Origin: an uncultured Clostridia bacterium
Lineage (GTDB): Bacteria; Bacillota; Clostridia; Christensenellales; UBA1242
Assembly (NCBI GenBank): GCA_947366545.1
Contig: CANBAL010000003.1
Location: 55,492-119,491, forward strand
Direction of reading: 5' to 3'
DNA length: 64,000 bases
Shown here in pieces: positions 10,114 to 19,226 of the stretch. How positions within the stretch are numbered: the stretch's first letter is position 1; every line of letters begins with the position of its first letter. Both the position numbers and the translations under genes were made by a program. A model generated the notes under the pieces. That model was given only the letters and a program-made list of their open reading frames with translations, was not told where the DNA came from and did not search any database.

Positions 10114-10806
10114 ATGAAAGAAAAGTTGATAAAAATATTTGCTGAGTATGGCTTTAATCTCACTCACCCCCAAGCCGAGCAGTTTGAGAAATACTACCTA
10201 TACTTAGTGCAGGAAAACGAAAAGTTTAATCTCACCGCTATCACTGAAGAGGAAGATGTTATAATTAAGCATTTTTTAGACAGCATTTTGCCTATAAAAG
10301 AACTAAAAGAAGGTTCTAGTTTAATAGATATAGGTACAGGGGCAGGTTTTCCAGGGATTCCGCTTAAAATCATGAGGCCAGATTTGAAAATAACTCTCCT
10401 TGACAGCCTACAAAAGAGAGTAAAATTTTTAAATGAAGTAATTTCCCTTCTAAATTTGAAAAACATAACTGCAGTGCATTCGCGTGCTGAAGATTATGTG
10501 AAAGAAGGGCGAGAAAAGTACGATTATGTGGTATCGCGTGCAGTAGCGCGTATGAACACCTTACTTGAATACACCCTACCATATATAACGATAGGCGGGC
10601 AAGCACTATTGTATAAATCACAAAAGGCAGAAGAGGAACTTGCAGAATCGCAAAAAGCACTTTCCATCTTTGGAGGCACTCTAGATAAGATTATTCATAA
10701 AAAAATTAAAGAGGAGGAGCGAAATATAATTGTCATTAAAAAAGTTAAACGCACACCTCCACTGTATCCCCGCGGTAAAAATTTACCAAAATCAAAGCCA
10801 ATTTAA
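10114..10806 (+). CDS. rsmG: 16S rRNA (guanine527-N7)-methyltransferase RsmG
   Basis: SAM motif DIGTGAGFPGIPLKI. Follows mnmG. Confidence 0.9.
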   Translation: MKEKLIKIFAEYGFNLTHPQAEQFEKYYLYLVQENEKFNLTAITEEEDVIIKHFLDSILPIKELKEGSSLIDIGTGAGFPGIPLKIMRPDLKITLLDSLQKRVKFLNEVISLLNLKNITAVHSRAEDYVKEGREKYDYVVSRAVARMNTLLEYTLPYITIGGQALLYKSQKAEEELAESQKALSIFGGTLDKIIHKKIKEEERNIIVIKKVKRTPPLYPRGKNLPKSKPI

Positions 10807-10897
10807 TTAAAATTACGCAAAAATAATGGTTTAAATGTTAATTTTCTTTATTTTTGCGTTTTTTTATGTTATTATAATTAAAGAAACGAGGTTAAAC

Positions 10898-11716
10898 ATG
10901 GGAAAAATTATTTCTTTTGCAAATCAAAAAGGTGGTGTTGGTAAGACCACCACTTGCATCAATTTGTCTGCATACATAGCCGCCATGGGTAAAAAAGTGC
11001 TTGTTGTGGACCTTGACCCCCAAGGCAACGCTACAAGTGGACTGGGCATAGATAAAGATAATGAGATTAAAACAGTATATGATTTAATCGCAGGAGATGC
11101 TTTAGTAGAAGATGTAATTAAAGAAACAATAATCGAAGGGCTTGACATTCTTCCTTCCACAGTGGATCTTGCAGGTGCTGAACTTGAAATGGTAGAGATG
11201 CCACAGCGCGAGAAAATTATGAAAGGAATCCTTGAACCACTGAAGGAAAGTTATGATTTCATAATGATTGACTGTCCTCCTTCTTTGGGTCTTATTACAG
11301 TAAATGCCCTTACGGCAAGTGATAGCGTTATCATTCCAATGCAATGTGAATACTATCCACTTATGGGTATTACTCAACTTATGAATACAATAAGACTTAT
11401 TAAATTTCACTTAAATCCAAATATTGATGTGGAAGGCGTAGTAATGACAATGAAGGACAAGCGTTCTAATCTTACAAACCAAGTAAGCGATGAGATAATT
11501 AAGTTCTTTGGAAAAAAGGTGTTCTTCACATATATACCAAGGAATATTCGTCTTGCAGAAGCTCCAAGCCATGGCGAGCCTATTCTAATTTATGAGCCTT
11601 CGTCAAAGGGAGCTGAAGCATACTTAAGTTTGGCAGAAGAATTTTTAGACAGAAATAAGGTGAAGTATAAACCACTTACACATGACACTAAGATTAAACT
11701 AAGGGAGGTAAAGTAA
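10898..11716 (+). CDS. soj: ParA/Soj chromosome partitioning ATPase
   Basis: MGKIISFANQKGGVGKTT deviant Walker A, DLDPQGN, IDCPPSLG. Start at 10898; the hydrophobic N-terminal extension in the ORF track was rejected. Confidence 0.93.
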   Translation: MGKIISFANQKGGVGKTTTCINLSAYIAAMGKKVLVVDLDPQGNATSGLGIDKDNEIKTVYDLIAGDALVEDVIKETIIEGLDILPSTVDLAGAELEMVEMPQREKIMKGILEPLKESYDFIMIDCPPSLGLITVNALTASDSVIIPMQCEYYPLMGITQLMNTIRLIKFHLNPNIDVEGVVMTMKDKRSNLTNQVSDEIIKFFGKKVFFTYIPRNIRLAEAPSHGEPILIYEPSSKGAEAYLSLAEEFLDRNKVKYKPLTHDTKIKLREVK

Positions 11717-11717
11717 T

Positions 11718-12671
11718 ATGGCAAACAAGAAAGGGCTTGGAAGAGGTTTAGAGTCTCTTTTCGGCTTTTATGAGGATGAAAGTGATAATATCATAACTAA
11801 TCAAAATAAACCTGCAGACAAAAACGAAGTTAAAGGTGTTACGGAAATTGAATTAAAAAAGATTATTCCAAACCCTAATCAACCAAGAAAACACTTTGAT
11901 GATGATGCCCTGCAAGAACTAGCAAACTCAATATCTGTTCATGGTGTTATTCAACCTCTTGTATTAAATAAACTAGATGACGGCAATTATTTGATCATTG
12001 CTGGTGAAAGAAGATGGAGGGCTTCAAAGCTTGCAGGACTTGATAAAGTACCAGCAGTTATAAAGGAATATACAGATAAGCAGATAAAAGAGATTTCGTT
12101 AATAGAGAACTTGCAAAGAGAGGATCTTAATCCTATTGAGGCTGCAAGGGCAATTAGGCAATTAATGGACGAATACCACTTAACGCAGGAAGCAGTTTCT
12201 GATAGAATAGGAAAATCTCGTTCGAATGTTGCCAACACGCTAAGACTTTTAACCCTTTATCCTGATGTAGTTACACTTATTGAAACGGGGCGGCTATCTG
12301 CAGGACACGCACGTGCCCTAGTAGTAGTGGAAGATACTACTAAGCAGATTAAACTTGCTAGACAAGCCGTAGACGGAAAAATGAGTGTGAGGGAACTTGA
12401 AAAGGCGGTTAAAGATTTAACAAAACCTTCTAAAACAAAAAGTGGAACTGCTCAAGAACAATCGCTTGAGTTAAAAGAACTTATTTCAGATATGCAGCGA
12501 GTATTCGCTACTAAAGTGTCGGCGATTGGTAATGATAACAAGGGAAGAATATATATAGACTACTATTCAAGGGACGATCTTGATAGACTAGCAGATATGA
12601 TAGAGCTTTTAAAGAAGAAAGAAATTACTTTAAGTGACCTAAAAAACTACAATAAAAGACATTCTAACTAA
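11718..12671 (+). CDS. spo0J: ParB/Spo0J chromosome partitioning protein
   Basis: ParB box GERRWRA and HTH region LTQEAVSDRIGKSRSNVANTLRLL. SD GGGAGG upstream. Confidence 0.93.
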   Translation: MANKKGLGRGLESLFGFYEDESDNIITNQNKPADKNEVKGVTEIELKKIIPNPNQPRKHFDDDALQELANSISVHGVIQPLVLNKLDDGNYLIIAGERRWRASKLAGLDKVPAVIKEYTDKQIKEISLIENLQREDLNPIEAARAIRQLMDEYHLTQEAVSDRIGKSRSNVANTLRLLTLYPDVVTLIETGRLSAGHARALVVVEDTTKQIKLARQAVDGKMSVRELEKAVKDLTKPSKTKSGTAQEQSLELKELISDMQRVFATKVSAIGNDNKGRIYIDYYSRDDLDRLADMIELLKKKEITLSDLKNYNKRHSN

Positions 12672-12678
12672 AAAAAAC

Positions 12679-12702
12679 AGTAGGTGCATGCCTACTTTTT
12701 TA
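12679..12702 (+). terminator. Rho-independent terminator after spo0J
   Basis: AGTAGG-TGCATG-CCTACT hairpin followed by TTTTTT. Confidence 0.6.
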
Positions 12703-12708
12703 TTAAAA

Positions 12709-12724
12709 TGTTTCATGTGAAACA
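12709..12724. promoter_or_regulatory. parS site (TGTTTCATGTGAAACA)
   Basis: 16-bp perfect palindrome. It differs from the Firmicute parS consensus TGTTNCACGTGAAACA only at the central CG (here TG/CA). It lies 38 nt after the spo0J stop. Confidence 0.75.
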
Positions 12725-12749
12725 AAATGACTAATAATTTAAAGCAAAA

Positions 12750-12765
12750 TGTTTCATGTGAAACA
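12750..12765. promoter_or_regulatory. Second identical parS site (TGTTTCATGTGAAACA)
   Basis: Exact repeat of the 16-mer, 41 bp downstream of the first. Both are embedded in the same aaaatgtttcatgtgaaaca context. Confidence 0.75.
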
Positions 12766-12859
12766 TTTGTTGATACAGTAAAAATCAGAAATTAATTTGT
12801 TTTAATTTTCTTTGTCTTTTTAATAGATTGTGATATAATGTTATCGGAGGTAAATACAT

Positions 12860-13390
12860 ATGGAATTAAAAGGTACTAAAACAGAAAAGAATCTTCAGAA
12901 GGCCTTTGCTGGGGAAAGTCAAGCAAGAAATAAGTATACATATTTCGCTTCTCAAGCCAAGAAAGATGGCTATGAAGAAATAGCCCAAGTTTTCGAAGAA
13001 ACAGCAAATAATGAGAAGGAGCATGCAAAACTTTGGTTTAAAGCTATGAATGGCGGCAAGGTTGGTACAACGCTTGAGAACTTACTTGCTGCTGCAGCTG
13101 GAGAAAACGAAGAATGGACCAAAATGTATAAAAAGATGGCGAAAGAAGCTCGTGAGGAGGGCTTTGAGGCACTAGCAAGACAATTTGAAGGAGTTGCTGC
13201 TATTGAAAAAATGCATGAGGAGAGATATAGAAAACTTGCTGAAGCAGTAAAGAACGCCACAGTCTTTAAAAAGACAGAAAAGGTGATGTGGATATGCAGA
13301 AACTGCGGACATGTACATGTTGGAACAACAGCGCCAAAAGTTTGTCCAGTATGCGCTCATCCACAAAGTTATTTTGAAGTTTTGAAATAG
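12860..13390 (+). CDS. rbr: Rubrerythrin
   Basis: Ferritin-like diiron E..H motifs ([18 protein letters not shown]) and a C-terminal rubredoxin-type CRNCGH...CPVCAHP. Confidence 0.9.
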   Translation: MELKGTKTEKNLQKAFAGESQARNKYTYFASQAKKDGYEEIAQVFEETANNEKEHAKLWFKAMNGGKVGTTLENLLAAAAGENEEWTKMYKKMAKEAREEGFEALARQFEGVAAIEKMHEERYRKLAEAVKNATVFKKTEKVMWICRNCGHVHVGTTAPKVCPVCAHPQSYFEVLK

Positions 13391-13471
13391 AATAAGATAA
13401 TAGTAAGGTATAAAAGCAGATGAGAATACTTGTCTGCTTTTTTAATAGCAAAAATAGGTAATGTCTAATAA

Positions 13472-13546
13472 GGTCGATAAATAGTAAAAAATAATGCTGC
13501 TTGCGAAATAATTTAGAAAATGTCGATATTTGTAAAATAATGCTGC
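13472..13546. repeat. Two imperfect direct repeats (GTCGATA-n3-(A)GTAAAA(A)ATAATGCTGC) upstream of the Spo0A-C-like gene, each starting with a 0A-box-like (T/G)GTCGAT
   Basis: Copies at 13472-13500 and 13521-13546 read directly. Spacing is about 49 bp. They lie upstream of a TTTACA-17-TAAAAT promoter-like element. Confidence 0.4.
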
Positions 13547-13642
13547 GTAAAAATAAAAATATTTAAAAATGTTGTTGAAAACACTTTACATTTGTATTTT
13601 TTTGTAGTAAAATCTTCTTATCATAAAAAAGAGGAGGAAAAT

Positions 13643-14062
13643 ATGATAAACAAAGAATATTATGTAGAGGATAGATCCACAAGAATGCTGCTTGAAATAG
13701 GTGTGCCAGCAAATTTACAAGGGTTTAGGTATTTAAGGAGTGCAATCGCTAAAGTGATTGAGGATCCAGAGCTTTTAAATGCAGTAACTAAAAAAATGTA
13801 CCCAACAATTGCAAAAATATATGATGTAGCACCAACGGTAATTGAAAGAAGCATTAGACACTCTATTGAAGTTGCTTTTAATAGAAAGGGTGTTGATGGT
13901 ATTAATAAGTTGTTTAATTGTGAAGTATGCGATTGTCATTATAAACCATCAAATAGCGAACTTATTGCAATCTTAGGTGAAAAAATATCTTCTGAAATTA
14001 AAGCAATGGAACTAGGCGTAACCAAAAAAGATTCAGATAATGATGATAAAAATGAAAATTAG
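13643..14062 (+). CDS. Stand-alone Spo0A C-terminal (DNA-binding) domain protein with no receiver domain
   Basis: LLEIGVPANLQGFRYLRSAIAKVIEDPELLNAVTKKMYPTIAKIYDVAPTVIERSIRHSIEVAF resembles the Spo0A effector-domain HTH and signature helix. SD GAGGAGG before the ATG at 13643. Only 139 aa. Confidence 0.78.
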   Translation: MINKEYYVEDRSTRMLLEIGVPANLQGFRYLRSAIAKVIEDPELLNAVTKKMYPTIAKIYDVAPTVIERSIRHSIEVAFNRKGVDGINKLFNCEVCDCHYKPSNSELIAILGEKISSEIKAMELGVTKKDSDNDDKNEN

Positions 14063-14073
14063 TTAAAAATCAC

Positions 14074-14102
14074 TTGAAATTTATAAAACTTTTGATTATA
14101 AT
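14074..14102 (+). promoter_or_regulatory. Promoter for tRNA-Ser (TTGAAA-17 nt-TATAAT)
   Basis: TTGAAA at 14074-14079 and TATAAT at 14097-14102, about 37 nt upstream of the tRNA. Confidence 0.55.
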
Positions 14103-14138
14103 AGACTTACATACTTTCAGTATGTCAGTTTTTTATTT

Positions 14139-14226
14139 GGAAGGATGGCTGAGCGGTCGAAAGCGGCGGTCTTGAAAACCGTTGACCTGAAAGGGTCCTG
14201 GGGTTCGAATCCCTATCCTTCCGCCA
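14139..14226 (+). tRNA. tRNA-Ser (anticodon TGA), type II with long variable arm, CCA encoded
   Basis: The sequence GGAAGGATGGCTGAGCGGTCGAAAGCGGCGGTCTTGAAAACCGTTGACCTGAAAGGGTCCTGGGGTTCGAATCCCTATCCTTCCGCCA folds as a cloverleaf by hand. Acceptor GGAAGGA/TCCTTCC, anticodon loop CTTGAAA. Confidence 0.95.
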
Positions 14227-14234
14227 ATAGATAA

Positions 14235-14270
14235 CAATCCGAACAATTATTGGGTTTGGGTTGTTTTTAT
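14235..14270 (+). terminator. Rho-independent terminator after tRNA-Ser
   Basis: 10-bp stem CAATCCGAAC/GTTTGGGTTG (two G-U pairs) followed by TTTTTATTT. Confidence 0.6.
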
Positions 14271-14317
14271 TTCTATAAACTTAAATCCCTTGACTTTTAG
14301 GTGGCGTTTTTCTTAAA

Positions 14318-16120
14318 ATGATAAAGATGAAATCAGTTACAAAAGGGAAAAGCAAGCAATACTATTTTTTTAAATCGTTAAGCTATTTAAAACCTTACAA
14401 AGGCTACATGTTTATTTGTTGTTTAAGTTGTGTGTTATTTGCAGCACTTACTATTTTTTTTCCTATTTATACTGAGAAGACTTTGACCGCCTTTACAAAT
14501 AGTGATTGGAAGGGTTTACTTATTAGTGCAAGTTTTTTACTATTATTTCAAATAGCAAGTTCTGTTGTGCATATGATTTTTTGGGGGTCGACTGCGGATA
14601 AGCTTAGAGCAAGACTTACCAAAGACATTAGGTACAACACCATTGAAAGCATTATGAATTTGAAGACCCGAAATTTTGATCTTTATGGCAGTGGAAGGCT
14701 CATTCAAGTTGTAACTTCCGATACGGCATCCCTTTCTGGCATTTATACAAGTGTAGTTGATGTGCTTACGAACTTGCTTGCAAAAATGGCAATTTACGTT
14801 TACATTTTTGCTGCCAACTATATATTAGGTTTCTATTGTTTATTTGAATTTATCGTAATCTGTTTTGTTTATCATTTCAGAATAAGTACAAGAATGAAAG
14901 ACCAATCCGTACTTAAGAAAGAGGTGGATAAAAACATCGGATTCGTTAACGAGACTATTCGTGGATCAAGGGATATAAAAAATTACAATATCAACGACTC
15001 TATGCTTGCAAAAGCAGATGAATCTTTACACAATTTGGAAAAAGCAGATAAAAAATTTGGACAAAAGCAGTATTTACTTTATCGCGTGACGGTGATTGTA
15101 CAAAATGTTATGGCATTTTTGTTTATTCCGTTGGCTTTGCTTCTTATCCATTATGATATGACAACCTTTGAAACGGCATTTACAATTTTTATATTTAGAA
15201 ACAACGCAACATCCGTTATTGATTGGCTTATGAATACATGGGAGTACATCAAAGATGGTGGATTTTATGCAGAGCGTATATTTAATGTAATAAATGGATA
15301 TCAAGAAGGGTTTGAAGAGTTTCCTGAAAAGGACAATTTCAAAAAATTGCCTGAACAACTTGACATCGAAATCAAAGATTTGTCTTTTGCATATAACGAT
15401 GAGGACTTTGTTCTTAAAAACCTTAACTTGAAGATTCCGCAAGGTAGTAAAGTTGCTATTGTTGGTGGAAGCGGAAGTGGTAAAAGCACATTATTGAAAC
15501 TTCTTAACAAGACATATGATGTGGAGCGTGATAAAATTTTTATCGGAAATCATGACATATGCGATTTCTCCAAGAATACTTTGAGAGACACAATTACCAT
15601 TGTTCCGCAAGAGCCATATATATTCAACTTTTCTATCATTGAAAACTTGAAAATAATCAATCCTAAGGCAACAAAACGGCAGATTGTGTCCGCTTGCAAA
15701 AAAGCGCAAATCCATAGTTTTATTACTAGCCTGCCAGAAGGTTATGACACTCAACTTGGTGAAGGAGGAACACGACTTTCGGGAGGACAAAAACAGCGCT
15801 TGGCTATTGCGAGAGCATTTCTGAAAAATAGTCCTATTCTTATTTTTGACGAAACGACCAGTGCACTTGACAATGAAAACCAAAGTAAAATTAAAGAGGC
15901 CATAAACAGTATTGGTAGAGATAAAATAGTAATAATTGTTGCCCATAGATTGTCAACTATTGTAGATGCTGACATCATTCATTTCTTGAAGGACGGTAAA
16001 ATTTTAACCAGTGGAACACATAAGCAACTGCTACGAAAGTGCAAAGAGTACAAACGCCTTTATGAACATGGAAATACGCGACAAGCAGAACAAGAAAGAA
16101 ATGATCAGATTGTCGATTAA
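14318..16120 (+). CDS. ABC transporter, fused permease/ATP-binding protein (MsbA/exporter type); start at 14318 or 14327
   Basis: Six-TM N-terminal half. Walker A GGSGSGKST, signature LSGGQKQRLAIARA, Walker B ILIFDETTSALD, H-loop AHRLST. Confidence 0.9.
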   Translation: MIKMKSVTKGKSKQYYFFKSLSYLKPYKGYMFICCLSCVLFAALTIFFPIYTEKTLTAFTNSDWKGLLISASFLLLFQIASSVVHMIFWGSTADKLRARLTKDIRYNTIESIMNLKTRNFDLYGSGRLIQVVTSDTASLSGIYTSVVDVLTNLLAKMAIYVYIFAANYILGFYCLFEFIVICFVYHFRISTRMKDQSVLKKEVDKNIGFVNETIRGSRDIKNYNINDSMLAKADESLHNLEKADKKFGQKQYLLYRVTVIVQNVMAFLFIPLALLLIHYDMTTFETAFTIFIFRNNATSVIDWLMNTWEYIKDGGFYAERIFNVINGYQEGFEEFPEKDNFKKLPEQLDIEIKDLSFAYNDEDFVLKNLNLKIPQGSKVAIVGGSGSGKSTLLKLLNKTYDVERDKIFIGNHDICDFSKNTLRDTITIVPQEPYIFNFSIIENLKIINPKATKRQIVSACKKAQIHSFITSLPEGYDTQLGEGGTRLSGGQKQRLAIARAFLKNSPILIFDETTSALDNENQSKIKEAINSIGRDKIVIIVAHRLSTIVDADIIHFLKDGKILTSGTHKQLLRKCKEYKRLYEHGNTRQAEQERNDQIVD

Positions 16121-16253
16121 TTTACGTAAGTAGTAAATGATAAGTATTATAACTATAAAAGAATTAGAATCGATTATAAGAAGTATTGGCAGAAATTGAA
16201 TAGGTGTAGATACGCAATAAAAGTAAAAAGTTTGCATCAATTATACAAAAAAA

Positions 16254-16282
16254 AGACTGAAAGATTACTCAGTCTTTATTTT
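16254..16282. terminator. Bidirectional terminator between the ABC gene (+) and the lipoprotein gene (-)
   Basis: AGACTGA-n8-TCAGTCT hairpin flanked by an A-run and TTTATTTT. The lipoprotein stop codon lies in the loop. Confidence 0.6.
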
Positions 16283-16666
16283 AGTTATCGTGATTGTGAC
16301 GGTGGTTTCGTTGTATTCCATATTAGCGATAAAACCGTCTGCGACATCTGTTTCAAAAAGAGCGACAGCTTCTTCAGGGTCAGATAAAAGAATGTCAACG
16401 CTAAATGAAATGTTTGCATATGTGTTTTTGCAAACTATTGTGAAGTCTTCATACAGCACTATGGAATTTGCAAGGTAGTCTTTTATCTCGTTAATCGCAT
16501 CTGAAAAATCTACTTTTTCCTCTTTTGGCGGAGTTGGCTCAGAAGGTTCAGAAATTTCTGGTTGCACAGGCGGATTTGTTACATTCGCATTTGAAGAGCC
16601 TTCGTTGCAAGCTGTCAATGCAAGCCCCAGCATTATTATACATAAAATCTTTAGCATCTTTTTCAT
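16265..16666 (-). CDS. Small lipoprotein, function unknown
   Basis: Signal peptide with lipobox MLGLALTAC. SD GAAAGGAAA upstream. 133 aa. Confidence 0.75.
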   Translation of the reverse strand: MKKMLKILCIIMLGLALTACNEGSSNANVTNPPVQPEISEPSEPTPPKEEKVDFSDAINEIKDYLANSIVLYEDFTIVCKNTYANISFSVDILLSDPEEAVALFETDVADGFIANMEYNETTVTITITKIKTE

Positions 16667-16751
16667 AAGTATTTCCTTTCTTTCCGTATATTGCCTAGTA
16701 AGTATAGCATGCTATCAGAAAAAGTCAAAACAAAAAGCCTAAGTTTATTTC

Positions 16752-17816
16752 TTAGACTTTTTTGCGTTTTTGTTTTGTTTTTTTATAGAATATCACTATG
16801 GCAAATGTTATTGCTGCCACCCCTATTGCACTTGGTATCAATATTACTGGCAACGGATTGATTACAGTGTTTTCATCAAGTTTTTCATTCACAGACTGAT
16901 TATTATTTTGATTTCCGCCGATTACAAGGGTATTGTCATTTTCGTCTACAGTAGTTTTGTATAGGGTGGCATTAATTACTTTCGCAAGCTCTTTTGCAGA
17001 TTCCTCGACATATGATTTTTCTATTGTATGGGTGCCCATTTCAAATAGTATTGCTTTATTAGATAGTGCTTGGTTATAATGCCCTTTCCCCCAATATATA
17101 TCTTTAAAAAGCCAAGGACATTCTACCTCTGCAACGCTTAAAAGATACATTGCAAACTCCAAGTTTTTTTGTGAGTTGGCATTTGATTGCCCTAGTACTA
17201 TTCTTACTTTGCTATGTTCCTCCCCGTCCACCTGAGTGAGGTAATAACTTCTGCTTGCCCCGTCTCTGTGGATATCAAAGATAGCGTCGGGTGAATCTTT
17301 TAAAAGTCTCTGTGCCGTTTCTTTGCTTCTTGTATATGCACTTGAGTTGTGAGGGATATGAAGGGTTTCATCAAGTGTGACAGAAATATTGTATCTATTT
17401 AATGCTGTCTTAAGCACCCTTGCAATATCGTGTATTCCACCTTTTCCATATACACTTTCTGTGCCGTCACCTATAATATAGCTTTCGTCATTGTGCGTCA
17501 TATACATTGCTATCTTTTTCGGTTTGGTGGAGATTTGCTCCAGTCCATTCTTTTTAATAATGTTTGGTTTTGGATATGTTTGTGTATATTTTGCCTTGGC
17601 TTCACCCGTGGTTTCATCGACAAGGTAAACTTCGTATTCATTAAAGTTTTTATCTATAAACTTGTCGCCGATTTCCACATCTTCACGCTCTGTAAGTGGC
17701 AAGCTATTCTCGTCATAGATTTGATAAATAACGCCGATTTCTTCAGCACTTGTTGTAACTGAAGCAGCAGGAAACAATAAAAGAGAGATTAAAAATAAAA
17801 CTATCAATTTCTTCAT
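16752..17816 (-). CDS. spoIIP: Stage II sporulation protein P family (SpoIIP-type cell-wall hydrolase)
   Basis: N-terminal signal sequence. MYMTHNDESY, H..SAYTRS, FDIHRDG and HYNQAL..KAILFEMG motifs follow the SpoIIP pattern. A C-terminal TM is present. Confidence 0.78.
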   Translation of the reverse strand: MKKLIVLFLISLLLFPAASVTTSAEEIGVIYQIYDENSLPLTEREDVEIGDKFIDKNFNEYEVYLVDETTGEAKAKYTQTYPKPNIIKKNGLEQISTKPKKIAMYMTHNDESYIIGDGTESVYGKGGIHDIARVLKTALNRYNISVTLDETLHIPHNSSAYTRSKETAQRLLKDSPDAIFDIHRDGASRSYYLTQVDGEEHSKVRIVLGQSNANSQKNLEFAMYLLSVAEVECPWLFKDIYWGKGHYNQALSNKAILFEMGTHTIEKSYVEESAKELAKVINATLYKTTVDENDNTLVIGGNQNNNQSVNEKLDENTVINPLPVILIPSAIGVAAITFAIVIFYKKTKQKRKKV

Positions 17817-17849
17817 AGTTTTATTATTCTATCAATTTCATAAATTATA

Positions 17850-19070
17850 CTATTTTTCAGATACTTGGTTCGTGTCGGTGTCAAGATATTTTGAAAGAGG
17901 GATAACAACAAAAATTTGTGCCACTGCAAATATTAACAGATATAGGTAGACATTGTTCAGGGTTGTTAAACCGAGTATCAGCAAGGTGACCCCATTTAGA
18001 AGTAATCGCCCAAAGTTTCCAAATATATTGCCTAGCATTAACGCCTGTCTTTGTTCGCTTTCTGGAAGATTAGAAACAACCATTTTGTTCTCAAGTGTGG
18101 AGTAAAGGTCCCTTATTGAGATTGCTATAAGAAGACCTAGAGTTATCAAAACGATATTGACTATTATGTTTGTAGGAAGATTTCCGCCAAGTGCAAGACT
18201 TAACGCAGCCAAAATTATGGCTACGCCGATAGATATAAGAAGGTTGTTTTTCTTCTTTGTTTTCTTATAAATGATTGGCATTAAAAAGTTTGAAAGCACT
18301 CTCAAAATTCTTGAAGCAAGCACAACGCCGCTTACAATTAGACTGATTTTTGCAAGCTCCATACCTCCATTTTCACATACTGTTTGAAGTAAAAGCGTCG
18401 TTTTGGTCAAAAAGAAAGAATAAGTGCCAACACCAAACAAATTCATAAAAAATATAAGTATTATAATTTTGCGTTTAAGCACTGTTTTAAGTTTAGCCTG
18501 AGGTGGAGTGTCCTGTTTTTCCACTTTAGGCTCGTTGTAAAGGATTGCAAAAATCAGTCCTACAATGGTAAAAGCAAGACAAAGGTACATAGGAAGGTAT
18601 GGGTTTATATTAAAGAAGATGCCCGCAACAATGGCTATAACCATTGTAATTATGGAGTAGCCAAGTTGACCTAAACTTTTCCATTTGACAAACTGCTCAT
18701 CTTTTCCTTGCAAGTGCAGGTTGTTCTTCAGCATAACAGTGGCAGATTGTCTAAATAGGCTTGACACAAGATGCAGCGTCTCTGCAATCACAAAGCCATA
18801 AATGGTACGGCAGAATGTAAATAAAAGTATTGACACGATTAGGCAACATGCACCTATAATTATTGACACATGGTTAGACAATTTTTTATTAATTAAGTTA
18901 ATCAAAGGATATAGCACTATTGAGAAGGCTAGACCCAGCAAGGTAATCAAAATAATGTCAAAACTGGTCATGCCCTTTACTGATGTAAGAAAAAGATTGT
19001 TTACAACAATCCAAAACAGTAGATCAATCGCAAAGGTGTGGTACAAAACATAGATGATATTTGATTTCAT
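17850..19070 (-). CDS. Polytopic membrane protein, MFS-like permease
   Basis: 406 aa with about 12 hydrophobic segments in a 6+6 arrangement and a central hydrophilic loop (EPKVEKQDTPPQAKLK). Confidence 0.65.
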   Translation of the reverse strand: MKSNIIYVLYHTFAIDLLFWIVVNNLFLTSVKGMTSFDIILITLLGLAFSIVLYPLINLINKKLSNHVSIIIGACCLIVSILLFTFCRTIYGFVIAETLHLVSSLFRQSATVMLKNNLHLQGKDEQFVKWKSLGQLGYSIITMVIAIVAGIFFNINPYLPMYLCLAFTIVGLIFAILYNEPKVEKQDTPPQAKLKTVLKRKIIILIFFMNLFGVGTYSFFLTKTTLLLQTVCENGGMELAKISLIVSGVVLASRILRVLSNFLMPIIYKKTKKKNNLLISIGVAIILAALSLALGGNLPTNIIVNIVLITLGLLIAISIRDLYSTLENKMVVSNLPESEQRQALMLGNIFGNFGRLLLNGVTLLILGLTTLNNVYLYLLIFAVAQIFVVIPLSKYLDTDTNQVSEK

Positions 19071-19107
19071 GACACCAGTTTAGCGAAATGTGACGAAAAT
19101 TGCAAGC

Positions 19108-19140
19108 AAAATAAAAAAGGATTGATTGCATTATCAATCC
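19108..19140 (-). terminator. Rho-independent terminator after tRNA-Asn
   Basis: On the minus strand: GGATTGAT-AATGCA-ATCAATCC followed by TTTTTTATTTT. Confidence 0.6.
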
Positions 19141-19151
19141 GTTGTTAGAAA

Positions 19152-19226
19152 TGGCGCCCCAGGTAGGATTCGAACCTACGGCCTATCGGTTAACAGCCGA
19201 GTGCTCCACCACTGAGCTACTGAGGC
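19152..19226 (-). tRNA. tRNA-Asn (anticodon GTT), CCA encoded
   Basis: Reverse complement is GCCTCAGTAGCTCAGTGGTGGAGCACTCGGCTGTTAACCGATAGGCCGTAGGTTCGAATCCTACCTGGGGCGCCA. Acceptor GCCTCAG/CTGGGGC, anticodon loop CTGTTAA, T-arm GTAGG-TTCGAAT-CCTAC. Confidence 0.93.

Noticed and set aside
6863-13642. N-terminal extensions proposed by the ORF track for mnmE (6863), mnmG (8239), soj (10835) and the Spo0A-C-like gene (13592).
   Set aside because: The extensions are hydrophobic or low-complexity read-through of promoter regions. Conserved family N-termini and SD sequences support the internal starts at 6914, 8257, 10898 and 13643.
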